Positions 1 to 9,414 of a DNA stretch of 30,446 nucleotides are shown here, piece after piece. The position numbers and the translations under genes are program-made. The DNA comes from Vulcanimicrobiales bacterium (GTDB taxonomy: Bacteria > Vulcanimicrobiota > Vulcanimicrobiia > Vulcanimicrobiales > Vulcanimicrobiaceae), in NCBI GenBank assembly GCA_038215615.1, contig JBBQQR010000024.1, forward strand, positions 1-30,446, read 5' to 3'. The notes beneath the pieces are model-generated. The model was not told the origin of the DNA. It saw nothing but the letters and a program-made list of their open reading frames with translations, and ran no database searches. The first letter of the stretch is position 1. Each line of letters begins with the position of its first letter.

Positions 1-1096
1 CAAATATGAATGGGCGATTGACGATAAACTGTTTTGGCGGTTCCTGAACCGCGGTCATGCCGATGGTGACCGATGTTGCTGCGGCGGCAGTCGTACCTTT
101 TTCGTCTACGCGCACGTAGGCTTGGTGTCGCACGTCGGAGATCGTGAGTCCCGGAGGCGGCGTGTGCATGAGCGAGAAATCGGCCGCTCCGGTAAACGCG
201 ATGCCCATTCCGAGCGACTTCAACGCGTCCACGAGCGACGTATCGTACGTGGCCGTAAATTTCGGCATCATCAGCTGCAGGCGCTGGGCGGTCATCGAAC
301 CGGCGATGCCGTCAAAGTTCTTAGCGCTCAGGTAGCTAACAGCCATGCTCGTCGTCACGCCTGTATCGGGCAGAATGACATATGCCGCATAGCCGCCTTT
401 ACCGTACGGCATGCGTATGGCGCTGAAATACTTGCCGTCGAGCTCTTTGAACGTGCCGGTTTGCGACATCGTCGGGATCATCGGTTTCGAGCCGTCGGCA
501 TTCGTGAACGGCCCCGGTCGGGTGTCGGCTTTTTTGAACGGCTGCGACCAGTCGGCTTGAAAGGCGAGCGCGTTGGTCAGGTAGGCGAAGTCGGAGTTTT
601 GTGTTTGCGTAATGAGTTTGTCGATCAGTCCGAGCGTATGGGCTTTCGTCCAACCGTTGATCGCGGCGGCGGCCGACGGGTTGCCGAACCGGAGCGCCTG
701 CGCCTGCGCGCCGTAGCTGTTCTTTAAGAGGCTTACGTAGGCCGATTTGGGCGGAATATCTTGACGGAACCAGAGCGCATTGGCAACGCCGACCCGGGCG
801 TCGTGATTTGCCGCGAGCGCGTTCATCAGCGAGGCGTTCGCCGGAGCGAAGGAGCCTGGTGAAAAGCCCAGGGCGTGGGCGATCGCGGCGCGCGTCTGCC
901 CGCGAGCGCCGTCGGCAGCCATGGAAAGCGCCATACCGATGCTCAGCGGCGAGATAAAAACATTTTGGCTTTTCGCTTGCGACGCGAGACGCTGCAGAAG
1001 CGCGATTCCGAAGCCGTCGTAGTTGGCCGGCTTGGTCGCCGGGGTCGCCGCGCTGAGAGTGCCCACGGCAAGCACCATTATTAACCATCTCTTCAT
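1..1096 (-). CDS. Serpin family protein, signal peptide; 3' end runs off window
   Basis: Manual translation from ATG 1096: MKRWLIMVLAVGTLSAA...NVFISPLSIGMALSMAADGARGQT; the same frame at the left edge gives VRVDEKGTTAAAATSVTIGMTAVQEPPKQFIVNRPFIF (serpin hinge, RCL and FxxNRPF signature). Not in the ORF track because there is no stop in the window. Confidence 0.93.
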   Translation of the reverse strand, partial: MKRWLIMVLAVGTLSAATPATKPANYDGFGIALLQRLASQAKSQNVFISPLSIGMALSMAADGARGQTRAAIAHALGFSPGSFAPANASLMNALAANHDARVGVANALWFRQDIPPKSAYVSLLKNSYGAQAQALRFGNPSAAAAINGWTKAHTLGLIDKLITQTQNSDFAYLTNALAFQADWSQPFKKADTRPGPFTNADGSKPMIPTMSQTGTFKELDGKYFSAIRMPYGKGGYAAYVILPDTGVTTSMAVSYLSAKNFDGIAGSMTAQRLQLMMPKFTATYDTSLVDALKSLGMGIAFTGAADFSLMHTPPPGLTISDVRHQAYVRVDEKGTTAAAATSVTIGMTAVQEPPKQFIVNRPFIF

Positions 1097-1109
1097 AGTA
1101 GTAAGAACG

Positions 1110-1118
1110 ATTCTAGCA
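1110..1118 (-). promoter_or_regulatory. Putative extended -10 promoter (TGCTAGAAT) for the serpin
   Basis: TGnTAGAAT 13 nt upstream of the serpin ATG in the 57-bp divergent spacer; no clear SD, so a very short leader. Confidence 0.4.
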
Positions 1119-1153
1119 AGCGGTCCGTTACGACCTACCGAAGGGGAAAACAG

Positions 1154-3379
1154 ATGCGTTTTGCTGCGTTAGGAATGCTGCTTTCAACCATTCTACTGAC
1201 GGGTTGTTCTTCAAACTTGCCGCGGGTGCTCAATCCGGGCAGCGCAACGCAGCCGTTGGAACTTTCGCCTTCGCCCGTGGAGCTCACCAACGATACGCCG
1301 GTCTCGTCATTCTCGGCGCAAAATGACGTTGCAGGCCTGTCGTACACGCCGACCGCAGACCCGAGCTGCCAGACTTCGTCGGGCGGCATCTACGTCGCCG
1401 GCGACGGCCAGGCGCAGGTCGATGTGGCCGGCGCACCGCTCATGTTCACCGTTTACGCGGCCGGGACGCCGCCTTCAACGTGCACGGTCACCGTACGTTC
1501 GTCTAGCGGGGATTCCGCGACGGTCGGCGTGAGCTATCAGGTGATGCTCGTACAATCGGTGGGTGAGAAATCCGATGCGATCACCATGGCGGTTTCGCCG
1601 GGCGTGAACCCAAGCGCAACCACGATTACGAAATTAACACAGACCATTTCCCTGGCGGCCAGCGGCTTTAGCGGCACAATGACGGCCTCGGTGAGCGGCT
1701 GTCCGGCGACTGGGAGCGGCATTCAAGTCAGTCCGAAGCAAATCACCGGCGGAAGCGGAACGTTTGTGGCCGTGGCGTTCGGGCAAGGCAACTTGTCGTT
1801 TTCGTGCAACGCGCTTATTACCGACAGCGCAAACAATAGCGTGACCATTCCGATCACAGTGACCATTGGGGCGCTGAGCAAATTCACGGTGACGCCATCG
1901 ACCAAGATCCAATTTGCCTGCGTGGGGACGACCGTTCCCAAACATTGCCAAACGATTCAAATGGTCACGTTCCAGGAAAGCGGCGCTACGCGGTTTGCGA
2001 TTGCCGATAAACCCGTGCTGCAAAAAACCTGTGCGAACTCATTCGACGGTCCGCTGAAGATGGTGACGACGCCGTCCGGCGCTCCGGCGATTAGCGTCGC
2101 CGGGCCGACCGCAACGGTTGCGTTCGACGGGTTGTTGCCCACCGCCACGCTGGGTTGTTCGCGGATCGTGGTGACCGACGGGCGCTCGCCCGAGCAAACC
2201 GTCAACGTCCCCGTGGAAAACTCTCTAGCGGCCGCGCCGCCGCCGGCGATCTCGACTGCGTCTGCGCCGTCGTGCAAGGGCAGTGATCCGCTCGTCGCGG
2301 TCCCCGGCGCCCCGCACGGCATGTACGTGTGGAATCCAAACGCCTTTCCGAAATATCTCACGCCGCTTGCGAATGACGTGATCGGAATCGATCACACATT
2401 GTGCGGAGCGAGCCTGGTGATCTCGTGGGCCGACTTGGAACCGACGAAGGGGAATTTTAACTGGCAGTTCGTGATTGACGAGGCCAAACCGTACACCGAC
2501 AAAGGCCTGATGGTGAATTTGCTGTTCTCGGATTCAACCGAAGGGCCCGTGAATAACATCACGCCCACCTGGGTGACGGCTCCGTCGAGCGCCGGGGGCG
2601 ACGGCGCGCCGACCGTCACATGCGCCGGCCAACCGACGATTCCGGTATTTTTCAGTCAGATTTTCGAGAGCGATTGGGAAGTGTTTATTGCGACCGTTAC
2701 GCACCAGTACAGCTTCAACAATTCTGCACTTGCGCCCAGCGTCGGCTATTTGCGCTTTGCCACTGCCGGCGGAGCGGAAGCGCTCCCGCCGACCGGTTAC
2801 AACGACGGCGGCGCATGTCAAGCGCAATGGACCGCGGCCGGCATGACCTATCCGGTCTGGAAGCAGCACGAAATTACTATCGTGAATACGATGGCCGCGC
2901 AGTCAACGGATAAGCAGATGATCGTGTCGCTGCCGGGGCTCTCGGGCGGACCGAATAAGCCGGGGACCAGCACGACCGACGTCTATGATATGTCAAACGC
3001 GGTTGCGGCTGTTGCTGCGTCCAAGCACATAGGCTTCTCGTTTGAGAACCTGGGCACGAAACCCGTCTCGCCGCCGGCGCCGTGCAATCCGGCCGCCAAT
3101 CTTATCGACCTGCACTGGTGCCAGGCGTATCACACCTACGCGGGCGTGGTTCCGCTCAACATGCAGCCGATCACCGCAAGCAGCAACCATAACGACGGGA
3201 GATTCGATATCGCGGATCTCTTGCCGTACGCGCTCGACAACAACATCCAAGTCTTCGAGCTTTATCCGGATGAGTGGATCCAAGCGGACTCACCGGAGTT
3301 CTCCGGCTTCCTGGGCCAGGCCGCTCACTACAAAGCCGCGCTCAATAACGCGTCGCTCGTGTTAGGGGTATCGCCTTAG
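1154..3379 (+). CDS. Large lipoprotein: Cys/Thr-rich beta-strand modules plus C-terminal glycoside-hydrolase-like (clan GH-A) domain
   Basis: Lipobox LLTGC; SD-like AAGGGG upstream; SWADLEPTKGNFNWQFVID resembles the W-x2-LEP-x2-G-x-F/Y-x-W motif of GH42/GH35-like TIM barrels. Function is inferred. Confidence 0.7.
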   Translation: MRFAALGMLLSTILLTGCSSNLPRVLNPGSATQPLELSPSPVELTNDTPVSSFSAQNDVAGLSYTPTADPSCQTSSGGIYVAGDGQAQVDVAGAPLMFTVYAAGTPPSTCTVTVRSSSGDSATVGVSYQVMLVQSVGEKSDAITMAVSPGVNPSATTITKLTQTISLAASGFSGTMTASVSGCPATGSGIQVSPKQITGGSGTFVAVAFGQGNLSFSCNALITDSANNSVTIPITVTIGALSKFTVTPSTKIQFACVGTTVPKHCQTIQMVTFQESGATRFAIADKPVLQKTCANSFDGPLKMVTTPSGAPAISVAGPTATVAFDGLLPTATLGCSRIVVTDGRSPEQTVNVPVENSLAAAPPPAISTASAPSCKGSDPLVAVPGAPHGMYVWNPNAFPKYLTPLANDVIGIDHTLCGASLVISWADLEPTKGNFNWQFVIDEAKPYTDKGLMVNLLFSDSTEGPVNNITPTWVTAPSSAGGDGAPTVTCAGQPTIPVFFSQIFESDWEVFIATVTHQYSFNNSALAPSVGYLRFATAGGAEALPPTGYNDGGACQAQWTAAGMTYPVWKQHEITIVNTMAAQSTDKQMIVSLPGLSGGPNKPGTSTTDVYDMSNAVAAVAASKHIGFSFENLGTKPVSPPAPCNPAANLIDLHWCQAYHTYAGVVPLNMQPITASSNHNDGRFDIADLLPYALDNNIQVFELYPDEWIQADSPEFSGFLGQAAHYKAALNNASLVLGVSP

Positions 3380-3390
3380 CCGCTTGGGGT

Positions 3391-3413
3391 CCTTCGACAG
3401 GCTCAGGATGACA
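3391..3413. repeat. REP-like dispersed repeat, copy 1 (CCTTCGACAGGCTCAGGATGACA)
   Basis: Core GCTCAGGATGACA also occurs at 14447-14459 and 20030-20042; lies between convergent genes and overlaps the pepA stop. Confidence 0.7.
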
Positions 3414-4941
3414 ATTCAGCTTTCGATTTGACGCTGTTCGTTTGCGTTGCGGCTGAGCCGTTGGCCGACAGTTGTTCGGCAAAGGCCACAAATGCGCGCA
3501 CCGGCGTGCCGGTCGGACCCTTGGCTTGCCACGGCGATTCACTGTCGAGATACGCGGTGCCGGCGATATCGAGATGCACCCACGGCGTATCGCCCGCAAA
3601 TGCTTTCAGGAACGCCGAAGCGGTAAGCGTGCCTGCGGGGCGGCCGCCCGTGTTCTTCAGGTCGGCGATGTCGCTCTTCATTAGATCACCGTACTCGTCG
3701 TAGAGCGGCATCTGCCAGTACCGCTCGCCGGTCGGTTTGGCGGCGGCGAGGAAATCTTGCACCAGATCGTCGTTGTTGCTCACCGCGGCGCTGGCCGTAT
3801 GGCCGAGGGCGATGACGCAAGCACCGGTTAGCGTGGCGGCGTCGACGATCCGCGTCGCGCCGAGTTTGTTTGCATAGCAGAGTGCGTCGGCCAAAATCAA
3901 GCGGCCCTCGGCATCGGTGTTGATCACTTCGATCGTCTTGCCGTTCATGGCGGTGAAGATGTCGCCCGGCTTGGTCGCGCGGCCGCCCGGCATGTTTTCG
4001 GTCGCCGGCGCGATGCCGACCACGTTGATCTTCGGTTTGAGTTTGCCGATCGCGCGCATAGCTGCGATGACTCCGGCCGCGCCGGACATGTCGTACTTCA
4101 TTTCTTCCATGCGCTCGGGCGGCTTGAGCGAAACGCCGCCGCTGTCGAACGTAATGCCTTTGCCGACCAGCGCGAGCAATTCTTTGCTGCCCGGATTTCC
4201 CTGATATTTCAAAACGATGAACTTGGGTGGCTGCGAGCTGCCCTGCGCGACCGAAAGAAACGATCCCATGCCCTCTTTGCGGCAGCGCTCCTCGTCGAGG
4301 ATGTCAACTTCCAGCCCGGCATCTTTCGCAACTTGCTGCGCGGCTTGCGCCATATGCGTCGGCGTCATGTCGTTGGCGGGCGTGATGGCCAGTGTGCGCG
4401 CGAGGTTCACCGCGTCGCCCAACACTTCGCCGCGCGAAACGCCGGCTTGCAGTGCTTTCTCGTCACAATCGCCGGCTACCAGCGTGAGGGTATCCGCGCC
4501 GCTGCGTCTCTCCGGCGATTTCTGGTAGACCGATGCGTCGAAACTTCCGGTAACCGCGCCCTCGACCAGCAGCGAAGCGGCGTTTTTTTCGTTTCCTTTT
4601 ACTTGCGGCGGAAGAACCAGCGCGATGTCGCGCACGTTGCGGCGGCCCAGATACCGGACGGCGGTGCCGGCGAAGCGAGCAAGCATGTACGGTTCGAATC
4701 GCTTGGGGTCGCCCAGGCCGATCAGCAGCACGCGCTTGAACGATTTGTCGTGCGCGTGAACGAGGCTGACTTCGCCGAATTTCCCGCTGATTTCGCCCTT
4801 GAGCACCTCGCCGATCGCGCCTTGCATCTGCGTATCGATCTCTTTGGCCGCGCCTTCGAGCGCTCCGCCGGCGAAAACGGGCACGACGAGAGCGGCAGCG
4901 CGCACGGAACCCGGCGCATCATGAACGATACGAACTTGCAT
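3403..4941 (-). CDS. pepA: Leucyl aminopeptidase (M17)
   Basis: VGKGITFDSGG, MKYDMSGAA, NTDAEGRL and ATLTGA motifs. Start set at ATG 4941 (MQVRIVHD) with AAGG upstream, not 5691. Confidence 0.95.
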   Translation of the reverse strand: MQVRIVHDAPGSVRAAALVVPVFAGGALEGAAKEIDTQMQGAIGEVLKGEISGKFGEVSLVHAHDKSFKRVLLIGLGDPKRFEPYMLARFAGTAVRYLGRRNVRDIALVLPPQVKGNEKNAASLLVEGAVTGSFDASVYQKSPERRSGADTLTLVAGDCDEKALQAGVSRGEVLGDAVNLARTLAITPANDMTPTHMAQAAQQVAKDAGLEVDILDEERCRKEGMGSFLSVAQGSSQPPKFIVLKYQGNPGSKELLALVGKGITFDSGGVSLKPPERMEEMKYDMSGAAGVIAAMRAIGKLKPKINVVGIAPATENMPGGRATKPGDIFTAMNGKTIEVINTDAEGRLILADALCYANKLGATRIVDAATLTGACVIALGHTASAAVSNNDDLVQDFLAAAKPTGERYWQMPLYDEYGDLMKSDIADLKNTGGRPAGTLTASAFLKAFAGDTPWVHLDIAGTAYLDSESPWQAKGPTGTPVRAFVAFAEQLSANGSAATQTNSVKSKAELSS

Positions 4942-4998
4942 GGTCGACCTTTCGCTTGGGTGAAGAGGACCTAAAATGCCGATCCGAGTCTTTCCCGC

Positions 4999-5991
4999 GT
5001 GACGCGCGATTCCTACGCCGCCGCAGGTGTGGATATCACCGCGGGCAACGAGGCCGTCGCGCGCTATAAAGATGTTATGCGCGGGTGGCGGCATGCGGGC
5101 CAGCTCGATCAGATTGGAGGCTTTGGCGGGCTTTTCAGCCTTCCGGGAGATTCCGGTCGCGCGCTGGCCGCTTCGACCGACGGCGTTGGAACCAAGCTGC
5201 TGATCGCAGCGGAGCTCGAGCATTACGGCAGCATCGGCGCGGATCTCGTGAATCACTGCGTTAACGACATTCTTGTCGTAAACGCGACGCCGCTGTTTTT
5301 CTTGGATTATCTGGCGGTGGGAAAGCTCGACCCGGAGATCGCCGCGGAGATCGTGCACGGTTGTTTTGAAGCGTGCAAGAAACATAACTGCGCGCTGCTC
5401 GGCGGTGAAACGGCAGAGATGCCGGGGCTTTACTCGGAGGGGCATTTCGATCTCGCGGGCACGATCGTCGGTCTGGTCGATTTGGCAGACGTGCCGAAGA
5501 AAGAAGACGTCGTTCCAGGAGATGCGATTGTCGGACTGCCTTCGGTAGGATTGCACACAAATGGGTACTCGCTGGCACGTAAATTGCTGGATGTACGCGA
5601 GTTCGGCAAGGCTTTGCTGGCGGAGCATCCTTCGTATTACGCGGACGTGCGAGCGATCCAAAAAGCCGCGCGGGTCCACGCGATGGCGCATATCACCGGC
5701 GGCGGGCTGTTAGAGAACCTTCCGCGGACGCTTCCCGACAACGTTAAGGCGATCTGCGAACAGTCGCGCTGGAACGTGCCGGCGATCTTCGGCGAGCTGT
5801 TGGAACGCGGCGAGCTCGGGCACGAGGAGCGCTACCGGACATTCAATATGGGAATCGGCTACACGCTGGTCGTTCCACTTGCGGACGCTGCCGGCGCGAT
5901 CGCGGCCGTGCCCGGCGCAAAAATTATCGGCTGGATTGAAGCGCGCAGCGCCGGCGAGCCGCGCGTTGTCGTTCATCCCGCGCGCGAATAG
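4999..5991 (+). CDS. purM: Phosphoribosylformylglycinamidine cyclo-ligase (AIR synthetase)
   Basis: YAAAGVDI, IGGFGGLF, TDGVGTKL, GGETAEMPG, GLHTNGYSL, HITGGG and RTFNMGIG motifs. Confidence 0.97.
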   Translation: MTRDSYAAAGVDITAGNEAVARYKDVMRGWRHAGQLDQIGGFGGLFSLPGDSGRALAASTDGVGTKLLIAAELEHYGSIGADLVNHCVNDILVVNATPLFFLDYLAVGKLDPEIAAEIVHGCFEACKKHNCALLGGETAEMPGLYSEGHFDLAGTIVGLVDLADVPKKEDVVPGDAIVGLPSVGLHTNGYSLARKLLDVREFGKALLAEHPSYYADVRAIQKAARVHAMAHITGGGLLENLPRTLPDNVKAICEQSRWNVPAIFGELLERGELGHEERYRTFNMGIGYTLVVPLADAAGAIAAVPGAKIIGWIEARSAGEPRVVVHPARE

Positions 5992-5992
5992 C

Positions 5993-7120
5993 ATGCCGGG
6001 GCGGGAGCTGGTCAATCTGGTCGTCGATCTCAACCGCGCGCCTCTGGACTACGCTCGCGGACCTTTCGAATGGGCGGTATTGGAGCGCGCGGGGCGCGCT
6101 ACGGAAGATGGCACGAGTTTGTATGCGTGCATCGACCATGAGTTCGGCGGGACGTGGAGCTCCGAAGCGTTTGCCGGAAAGAATATCGTCGCGAAAAGAG
6201 GCGGCCGGTTTGCGGGGTTTGCGACCTACGATTCGGAGGGGCTGAAGTTTTCGTGGCTGCGCGGGATGGGCGCGCAGGACGGCGTCGGGATTTTTGGACC
6301 GTTCGGCGTCTCCGCGGAATTTCGCGGATCGGAGTTGGGGCCCGCTTTGCTGCGGGCCGCGCTCGGGGGGCTGCGCGGAGCGGGATACGCGCGCGCGCTC
6401 ATTCCGGCGGTCGGCACCGACAAGCTGATCGAGTACTACGGAAAGCATGTGGGCGCGAAGGTCGTGGAACGATTCGATCGCTCGCGTTGGCGAGAGAAGA
6501 AATGGCGCACGGTCGTGCTCGCATCGGGGCAAGGCACGAATTTTCAGGCGATCGTCGACGGGGCCGAAACCGGTGCGCTTCCATTAGAGATAACGGCACT
6601 GATTTCGAATAATCCGAAGGCGTTTGCGCTGCAGCGCGCGCGCGCCGCGCATGTTCCCGCGATTGCGTTGCCGTGGGAGCGGGGAACGCAGCTGCGTCCC
6701 GATTACGACGCGCAACTTTCCCAAGCCGTGCGGCGAAACGAGCCGGACCTGGTGCTGCTCCTGGGCTGGATGCATGTGCTCGACGATCGTTTTATCGCCG
6801 AATTTCCGGAGACGATCAACCTTCATCCGGCTTTTCTTCCGTTGGCGGAAGGGGCGAACGAGGTGATGTTTCCCGACGGCAGTTCCACGCCGGCTTTTCG
6901 CGGCGCGCGCGCGGTTCGCGACGCGCTGGCGTGGGGCAGCCGGTGGACGGGTGCAACCGCGCACCGCATCACGCTGCACACCGATCGCGGGCCGGTGCTC
7001 GTGCGAAAACCGTTGGCGATGCATGCGGGCGAAACCGAGGACGGTGTCTTGCAGCGGCTGCACCCGATCGAGCACCAAGTCATGCGCGAAGCGATTATGC
7101 GCTGGGTATACGAACGGTAG
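5993..7120 (+). CDS. purN: GNAT N-acetyltransferase fused to phosphoribosylglycinamide formyltransferase (PurN)
   Basis: ATG 1 nt after the purM stop. N-terminal half has GIFGPFGVSAEFRGSELGPALL (GNAT motif A); C-terminal half has VVLASGQGTNFQA, LLGWMHVL, INLHPAFLP and TDRGPV. Confidence 0.9.
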   Translation: MPGRELVNLVVDLNRAPLDYARGPFEWAVLERAGRATEDGTSLYACIDHEFGGTWSSEAFAGKNIVAKRGGRFAGFATYDSEGLKFSWLRGMGAQDGVGIFGPFGVSAEFRGSELGPALLRAALGGLRGAGYARALIPAVGTDKLIEYYGKHVGAKVVERFDRSRWREKKWRTVVLASGQGTNFQAIVDGAETGALPLEITALISNNPKAFALQRARAAHVPAIALPWERGTQLRPDYDAQLSQAVRRNEPDLVLLLGWMHVLDDRFIAEFPETINLHPAFLPLAEGANEVMFPDGSSTPAFRGARAVRDALAWGSRWTGATAHRITLHTDRGPVLVRKPLAMHAGETEDGVLQRLHPIEHQVMREAIMRWVYER

Positions 7121-7187
7121 GCCGACGGCTGCCCTGCGCGTTACTCAATGACCGGGTTCAGTTGCAAAGATAAACCGGAAGTAGCTG

Positions 7188-7436
7188 CTACTGCTCGAGG
7201 GTGTGGAGGCGGCGCTCGAATGCGTCGAAGCGCAAGTCTACTGAATCGAAGCGCTTGTTCATCTTGTGCTCGAACTCACCGAAGCGGTGATCCATGTCGG
7301 CGCGCAGTTCGGCCCGCAGCGAAGTGAAGCCATGAGCGGTGGCTTCGCTCAGGCCAAGTATAGCTGCCATCAAGTCTTCGGTCGAATATTTTCGGCTCAC
7401 GTACTCTACCTTGGCATACGATTGTGTCCTAGACAT
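7188..7436 (-). CDS. Small coiled-coil hypothetical protein (alternative start GTG 7400)
   Basis: Fills the intergenic gap; heptad pattern MDHRFGEFEHKMNKRFDSVDLRFDAFERRLHTLE. Confidence 0.7.
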   Translation of the reverse strand: MSRTQSYAKVEYVSRKYSTEDLMAAILGLSEATAHGFTSLRAELRADMDHRFGEFEHKMNKRFDSVDLRFDAFERRLHTLEQ

Positions 7437-7455
7437 TTCCCGTTCGTTGCCATCG

Positions 7456-8442
7456 TTAACGATTGACCGTGGACATCGCTGAGTCTGGATAGCGGTTCCC
7501 GGCTGCGGCGCCTTGCGGAAATATCTCTTCGAGTTGCTGCAGCTCTCCCGGCGAGAGGGTGAAGTCGAGGGCTTTCAGGTTTTCTTCTAAATATTTGCGG
7601 CGTTTGGTGCCGGGAATCGGCACGATGTCGTCGCCTTGTGCGAGCAGCCATGCGAGCGCGATTTGTGACGGTGTGGCGTTCTTGGCTTGGGCGATCTTTT
7701 TGACTTTTTCGACGAGCTCGAGATTACGCGCAAAATTTTCGCCTTGGAATCGCGGATGGTTCCGGCGCGTATCTTCCTCGGGCAGATCTTCGGGCTTTTG
7801 GAACTGCCCGCTCAAAAAACCGCGCCCGAGGGGGCTATAGGGCACGAAGCCGATGCCCAGTTCGCGGCAGGCCGGCAACACTTCGCTTTCGGGATCGCGC
7901 GTCCAAAGCGAGTATTCTGTCTGGACGGCGGTGATTGGATGAATCTTGTTTGCGCGACGAATGGTCGGCGCGGCGGCTTCGGATAATCCGATGTAGCGGA
8001 TTTTCCCGGCGCTAATGAGTTCCGACATCGCGCCGACGCTCTCTTCGATCGGTGTGTCTGCGTCGACGCGGTGCTGATAATAAAGATCGATGTGATCGAC
8101 GCGCAGATGCTTCAGCGAGTTGTCGCACGCGGCTTTAATATATTCGGGGCGGCCGTTGACGCCAAGCCAGCTGCCGTCGGGTCCGCGGACGTTGCCGAAT
8201 TTTGTCGCGAGAAAAACGTAATTGCGCCGGTCTCGAATAGCGCGACCCACCAGTTCCTCATTTTTGCCCTGTCCGTAGACGTCGGCGGTGTCCAGGAACG
8301 TCACGCCGAGCTCGAGCGCGCGGTGGATCGTCGCGATCGATTCAGCGTCGTCGCGGCCGGAATAGAAATCGGACATGCCCATGCAGCCGAGGCCGAGCGC
8401 GGAGACTTGCGGGCCATTGCGTCCTAACGTGCGATGCTGCAT
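7456..8442 (-). CDS. Aldo/keto reductase
   Basis: [44 protein letters not shown] and PIPGT motifs. Confidence 0.96.
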   Translation of the reverse strand: MQHRTLGRNGPQVSALGLGCMGMSDFYSGRDDAESIATIHRALELGVTFLDTADVYGQGKNEELVGRAIRDRRNYVFLATKFGNVRGPDGSWLGVNGRPEYIKAACDNSLKHLRVDHIDLYYQHRVDADTPIEESVGAMSELISAGKIRYIGLSEAAAPTIRRANKIHPITAVQTEYSLWTRDPESEVLPACRELGIGFVPYSPLGRGFLSGQFQKPEDLPEEDTRRNHPRFQGENFARNLELVEKVKKIAQAKNATPSQIALAWLLAQGDDIVPIPGTKRRKYLEENLKALDFTLSPGELQQLEEIFPQGAAAGNRYPDSAMSTVNR

Positions 8443-8555
8443 AGGCTGCCGTTACTTACAACGAGCTAAGCGATTCAGTTTTGCGGCAAGCGCGAATGTA
8501 GCGGCTTCTTGTTCGCCAGGGCGCAGGCAAGTGACAGGTAGCGCATGGTCTCTTG

Positions 8556-9335
8556 TTACCCAATCGTCGTGGCATTGCCCGCTAAGGCGCCCGCCAGCGC
8601 GCCCGGCGCTGCAGCGCAAATATAGGCGCGCTTCACACCCGCGCCGACGGCTTCGATTGCCGCCAGTATTTTCGGCTTCATTCCGCTGGCGCAGGCCTCG
8701 GATGCGGCAAACGTTTGCGCCTGGGCGACGGTGAGCTCGTTGATCGCGGAAGCCGGGTCGGCCGGGTCGCGGAGCACCCGCACGACGTTAGTGAGTGTGA
8801 TGTAGGCATCGGCGCGAAGTGCGCCGGCGATCGCGCCGGCGGCGGTGTCGGCGTTCACGTTGTACGCGTGAGCTGAGTCTTCAGAGATGGCGACGGGCGC
8901 GACGACCGGCAGGAAACCGCTGTCGAGCAATGCTTGTAGCGGCGCCGGATCGATCGCGGTGATTTCACCGACGAAACCGAGATCCTCACCGGATGGCGAG
9001 GTCGCACGCCGGGCGCGAATCAGGCCACCGTCTTCACCGCTGATGCCCACGGCGGGAATGCCGCGTTGCAAGCACGCGCGGACAAGGCGCTTGTTGGCGG
9101 TCGCGCAGAGCACGGCTTCGACAATGTCGAGGGCATCGGTTTCGGTGACTCGCAGGCCGTCGACGCGCCGGGACCCCACCCCCCGGCGCGCCAGCGCTTC
9201 ATCGATCTCCGGTCCGCCGCCGTGCACGAGGATGACGGCATGCCCGGCGGCCCGGAGTTCGACCAGCTCGGCGAGGAGCGATTCGTCCCCGCCGGCCCCC
9301 ATGGCGTTTCCGCCATACTTCACGAGTATTTTCAT
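8556..9335 (-). CDS. argB: Acetylglutamate kinase
   Basis: VKYGGNAM, VHGGGPEI, GLRVT, NVNADTAA and GMKPK motifs; adjacent to the arg operon. Confidence 0.95.
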   Translation of the reverse strand: MKILVKYGGNAMGAGGDESLLAELVELRAAGHAVILVHGGGPEIDEALARRGVGSRRVDGLRVTETDALDIVEAVLCATANKRLVRACLQRGIPAVGISGEDGGLIRARRATSPSGEDLGFVGEITAIDPAPLQALLDSGFLPVVAPVAISEDSAHAYNVNADTAAGAIAGALRADAYITLTNVVRVLRDPADPASAINELTVAQAQTFAASEACASGMKPKILAAIEAVGAGVKRAYICAAAPGALAGALAGNATTIG

Positions 9336-9375
9336 GGCTCAGCTGCAGTCTTGAGCGAGATTATCGAGTCGAAGG

Positions 9376-9412
9376 GTTGCAATTCTATGCACTATATGCA
9401 TAAATATACAGC
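9376..9412. promoter_or_regulatory. Tandem ARG-box-like ArgR operators in the argB/argF divergent promoter
   Basis: AT-rich imperfect palindromes TGCAATTCTATGCA (9378-9391) and TGCATAAATATACA (9397-9410), resembling the TG(A/C)AT-N4-AT(G/T)CA ARG box; argR is in the operon. Confidence 0.75.
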
Positions 9413-9414
9413 AT

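Noticed and set aside
122..1088. ORFs 122-727(+), 399-1088(-) and 875-1084(+)
   Set aside because: Off-frame or antisense to the serpin; Arg-rich and without motifs.
4942..4998. Purine/ZTP riboswitch or PurR box upstream of purM
   Set aside because: The spacer is only 57 bp and I see no matching structure or motif.
4942..5691. 250-aa N-terminal extension of PepA in the ORF track
   Set aside because: It is the antisense shadow of purM; M17 similarity and an SD start at ATG 4941.
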